Notes under the pieces: generated by a model
What the model saw: the letters and a program-made list of their open reading frames with translations, nothing else
What the model was told of the DNA's origin: nothing
Databases searched by the model: none
NCBI GenBank assembly: GCA_036778475.1
Contig: DAIPSP010000003.1
Span: 777 to 64,776, forward strand
DNA: 64,000 nucleotides
Direction of reading: 5' to 3'
Origin: Rhizobiaceae bacterium
GTDB taxonomy: Bacteria; Pseudomonadota; Alphaproteobacteria; Rhizobiales; Rhizobiaceae
Made by a program: the position numbers and the translations under genes
Part shown: positions 62,318-64,000 of the stretch, one piece after another
How the letters are laid out: each line of letters opens with the position of its first letter
Position numbering within the stretch: the first letter of the stretch is position 1

Positions 62318-64000
62318 ATGCGCTTTTCCCGCCTGCGTCTGCTCGGCTTCAAATCCTTTGTCGAACCGTCCGAGTTCGTCATCGAAAGCGGCCTGACCGG
62401 CGTCGTCGGCCCCAACGGCTGCGGCAAGTCCAACCTTGTCGAGGCGCTTCGCTGGGTGATGGGCGAGAGCTCGTACAAGAACATGCGCGCGTCCGGCATG
62501 GACGACGTGATCTTTTCCGGCTCCGCCACCCGGCCGTCTCGCAACACGGCGGAAGTGACGCTGTTCCTCGACAATTCCGACCGCAGCGCGCCGGCGGCCT
62601 ACAATGACGCCGACGAATTGCAGGTGTCGCGCCGCATCGAGCGCGAGGCCGGCTCCAACTACCGCATCAATGGCAAGGAAGCCCGCGCCAAGGACGTGCA
62701 ACTGCTGTTCGCCGACCAGTCGACCGGCGCGCGCTCGCCGTCGATGGTGGGACAGGGCCGCATCGGCGAGCTGATCCAGTCAAAACCGCAGGCGCGCCGG
62801 GCGCTGCTGGAAGAAGCCGCCGGCATTTCCGGCCTGCATTCGCGCCGCCACGAGGCGGAGCTGAGGCTGCGCGCCGCCGAACAGAATCTCGAGCGGCTGG
62901 AAGACGTGGTCGGCGAACTGGAAAGCCAGATCGAGAGCCTGAAACGCCAGGCCCGCCAGGCGTCGCGCTTCAAGGCGCTGTCGGCCGACATCCGCCAGGC
63001 CGAGGCGATGCTGCTGCACCTGCGCTGGACGCTGGCCAAGGCCCAGGAGGCGGAAGCGCAGTCGGCGCTGTCGGCGGCGACCGTGCTGGTCGCCGAACGC
63101 GCCGCCGCCCAGATCGAGGCGGCGAAGAGCCAGGCGGTCGGCGCCCACCATCTGCCGGCGCTGCGCGAGGCCGAGGCCAAGGCGGCGGCCGCGCTGCAAA
63201 GGCTGACCATCGCGCGCGGACAGGTGGAGGAAGAGGCGGCGCGGCTGAGGGCGCGCCATTTCGAACTGGAAAAGCGTATCGCCCATCTCGACGCCGACAT
63301 CGCCCGCGAGGAGCAGATGGTGCGCGACAATGCCGAGACGCTGAAACGCCTGGCCGACGAGGAGACGACGCTGCAGGGCGAAGACGAGGGATCGGCCGAG
63401 CGCGAACTTTCGGCCCGCGCATCTCACGAGGAAGCGGCCAACCGGCTTGCCCTGTCGGAAGGGGCGCTGTCGACACTGACCTCCGAACGGGCCGAGGCGG
63501 CGGCGCAGCGCACCCAGGCCGAACGCAATCTGCGCGACGGCGAGGAGCGCCGCCTGCGGCTGCAGCAGCAGATCGCCCAGGCCGACCGCGACCTCGCCGA
63601 GATCAACGCGAGACTGGCCGGCTTGCCAGACCCGGCGCAGAAGCGGCTGCTGGTGGACGCCGCGGCCGAACAGGTCGCCGAGGGCGAAAAGGCGACGCTT
63701 GCGGCCGAACGCGCCGGCGAGGCCGCGCGCGCCCGCGAAACCGCCAGCCGTCCCGCGCTCCAGGCGGCGCGCGCCGAATTGCAGCGCATCGAGACCGAGG
63801 CGCGGACGCTGGCGAAAATGCTCAACGCCCAGTCGGGCGGGCTGTTTCCCGCCGTGGTCGACCAGATCCGCGTCGACAAGGGCTACGAGACGGCGCTTGG
63901 CGCGGCGCTCGGCGACGATCTCGACGCCGCGCTCGACCGCGCCGCGCCGGTGCACTGGGCCGACACCGGCGCCCATGACGGCGACCCGGCGCTGCCCGGG
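62318..64000 (+). CDS. smc: chromosome segregation protein SMC, N-terminal part (runs off the window)
   Basis: GGGGAGA precedes the ATG at 62318. MRFSRLRLLGFKSFVEPSEFVIESGLTGVVGPNGCGKSNLVEALRWVMGE (Walker A head) is followed by a long Ala/Glu/Arg-rich coiled coil. Open through base 64000, so absent from the ORF track. Confidence 0.95.
   Translation, partial: MRFSRLRLLGFKSFVEPSEFVIESGLTGVVGPNGCGKSNLVEALRWVMGESSYKNMRASGMDDVIFSGSATRPSRNTAEVTLFLDNSDRSAPAAYNDADELQVSRRIEREAGSNYRINGKEARAKDVQLLFADQSTGARSPSMVGQGRIGELIQSKPQARRALLEEAAGISGLHSRRHEAELRLRAAEQNLERLEDVVGELESQIESLKRQARQASRFKALSADIRQAEAMLLHLRWTLAKAQEAEAQSALSAATVLVAERAAAQIEAAKSQAVGAHHLPALREAEAKAAAALQRLTIARGQVEEEAARLRARHFELEKRIAHLDADIAREEQMVRDNAETLKRLADEETTLQGEDEGSAERELSARASHEEAANRLALSEGALSTLTSERAEAAAQRTQAERNLRDGEERRLRLQQQIAQADRDLAEINARLAGLPDPAQKRLLVDAAAEQVAEGEKATLAAERAGEAARARETASRPALQAARAELQRIETEARTLAKMLNAQSGGLFPAVVDQIRVDKGYETALGAALGDDLDAALDRAAPVHWADTGAHDGDPALPG

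Noticed and set aside
60626-62701. 691-aa minus-strand ORF spanning four plus-strand genes (also 62780..63976, 52432..54321, 21835..23046, 40644..41630 and many smaller ones)
   Set aside because: All are antisense to genes with strong motif support and have shadow-ORF composition. None has a plausible RBS or recognisable domain.

Overview
High-GC alphaproteobacterial chromosome segment. The Rhizobiales/Mesorhizobium-like assignment is inferred from ccrM, glg operon layout and protein motifs, not from a search.

Left third (1-24 kb):
- the end of an aldehyde dehydrogenase gene
- a phosphomannomutase plus a mannose-1-P guanylyltransferase::AGE-fold fusion
- tRNA-Pro(CGG)
- glgX plus a GH13 alpha-glucosidase
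- a TetR/SRPBCC pair
- glgP-glgB-glgC-glgA, where glgA runs in frame into pgm with no stop codon
- a fructose-type ABC transporter (frcBCA-like) with a divergent ROK regulator and a PfkB kinase

Middle (about 24.4-54.4 kb): a sulfur-activation block (Fe-S APS-reductase-type cysH, cysQ, cysNC, cysD) directly abuts a compositionally mosaic Wzx/Wzy-type surface-polysaccharide locus. The locus contains:
- a cap5/8- or O11-like D-/L-FucNAc gene set (WbpM/CapD-like, fnlABC/capEFG-like, CapN-like reductase, WbuB/CapL-like GT, PglC/CapM-like initiating transferase)
- flippase, a very AT-rich EpsG/Wzy-like polymerase, a PCP chain-length regulator and a WaaL-type ligase
- a Tat-signal Gfo/Idh/MocA oxidoreductase
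- a DUF2793 tail-fibre-like protein
- two paralogous membrane-anchored proteins of unknown function
- an unmistakable SQD1/SqdB-type UDP-sulfoquinovose synthase, translationally coupled to a short CapD-like SDR

Right end:
- two HAD hydrolases, ccrM, a secreted hypothetical protein, mutY and a DegT aminotransferase
- tRNA-Gln(UUG)
- an ICMT-family methyltransferase, a DUF721/DciA-like protein, a DsbA-like lipoprotein and the start of smc

Headline hypothesis: this is a sulfoquinovose-containing (sulfonated) cell-surface glycan pathway with its own sulfite/PAPS supply.

I saw no CRISPR array, rRNA, IS element, transposase or integrase. All family assignments come from reading motifs by eye; no searches were run.
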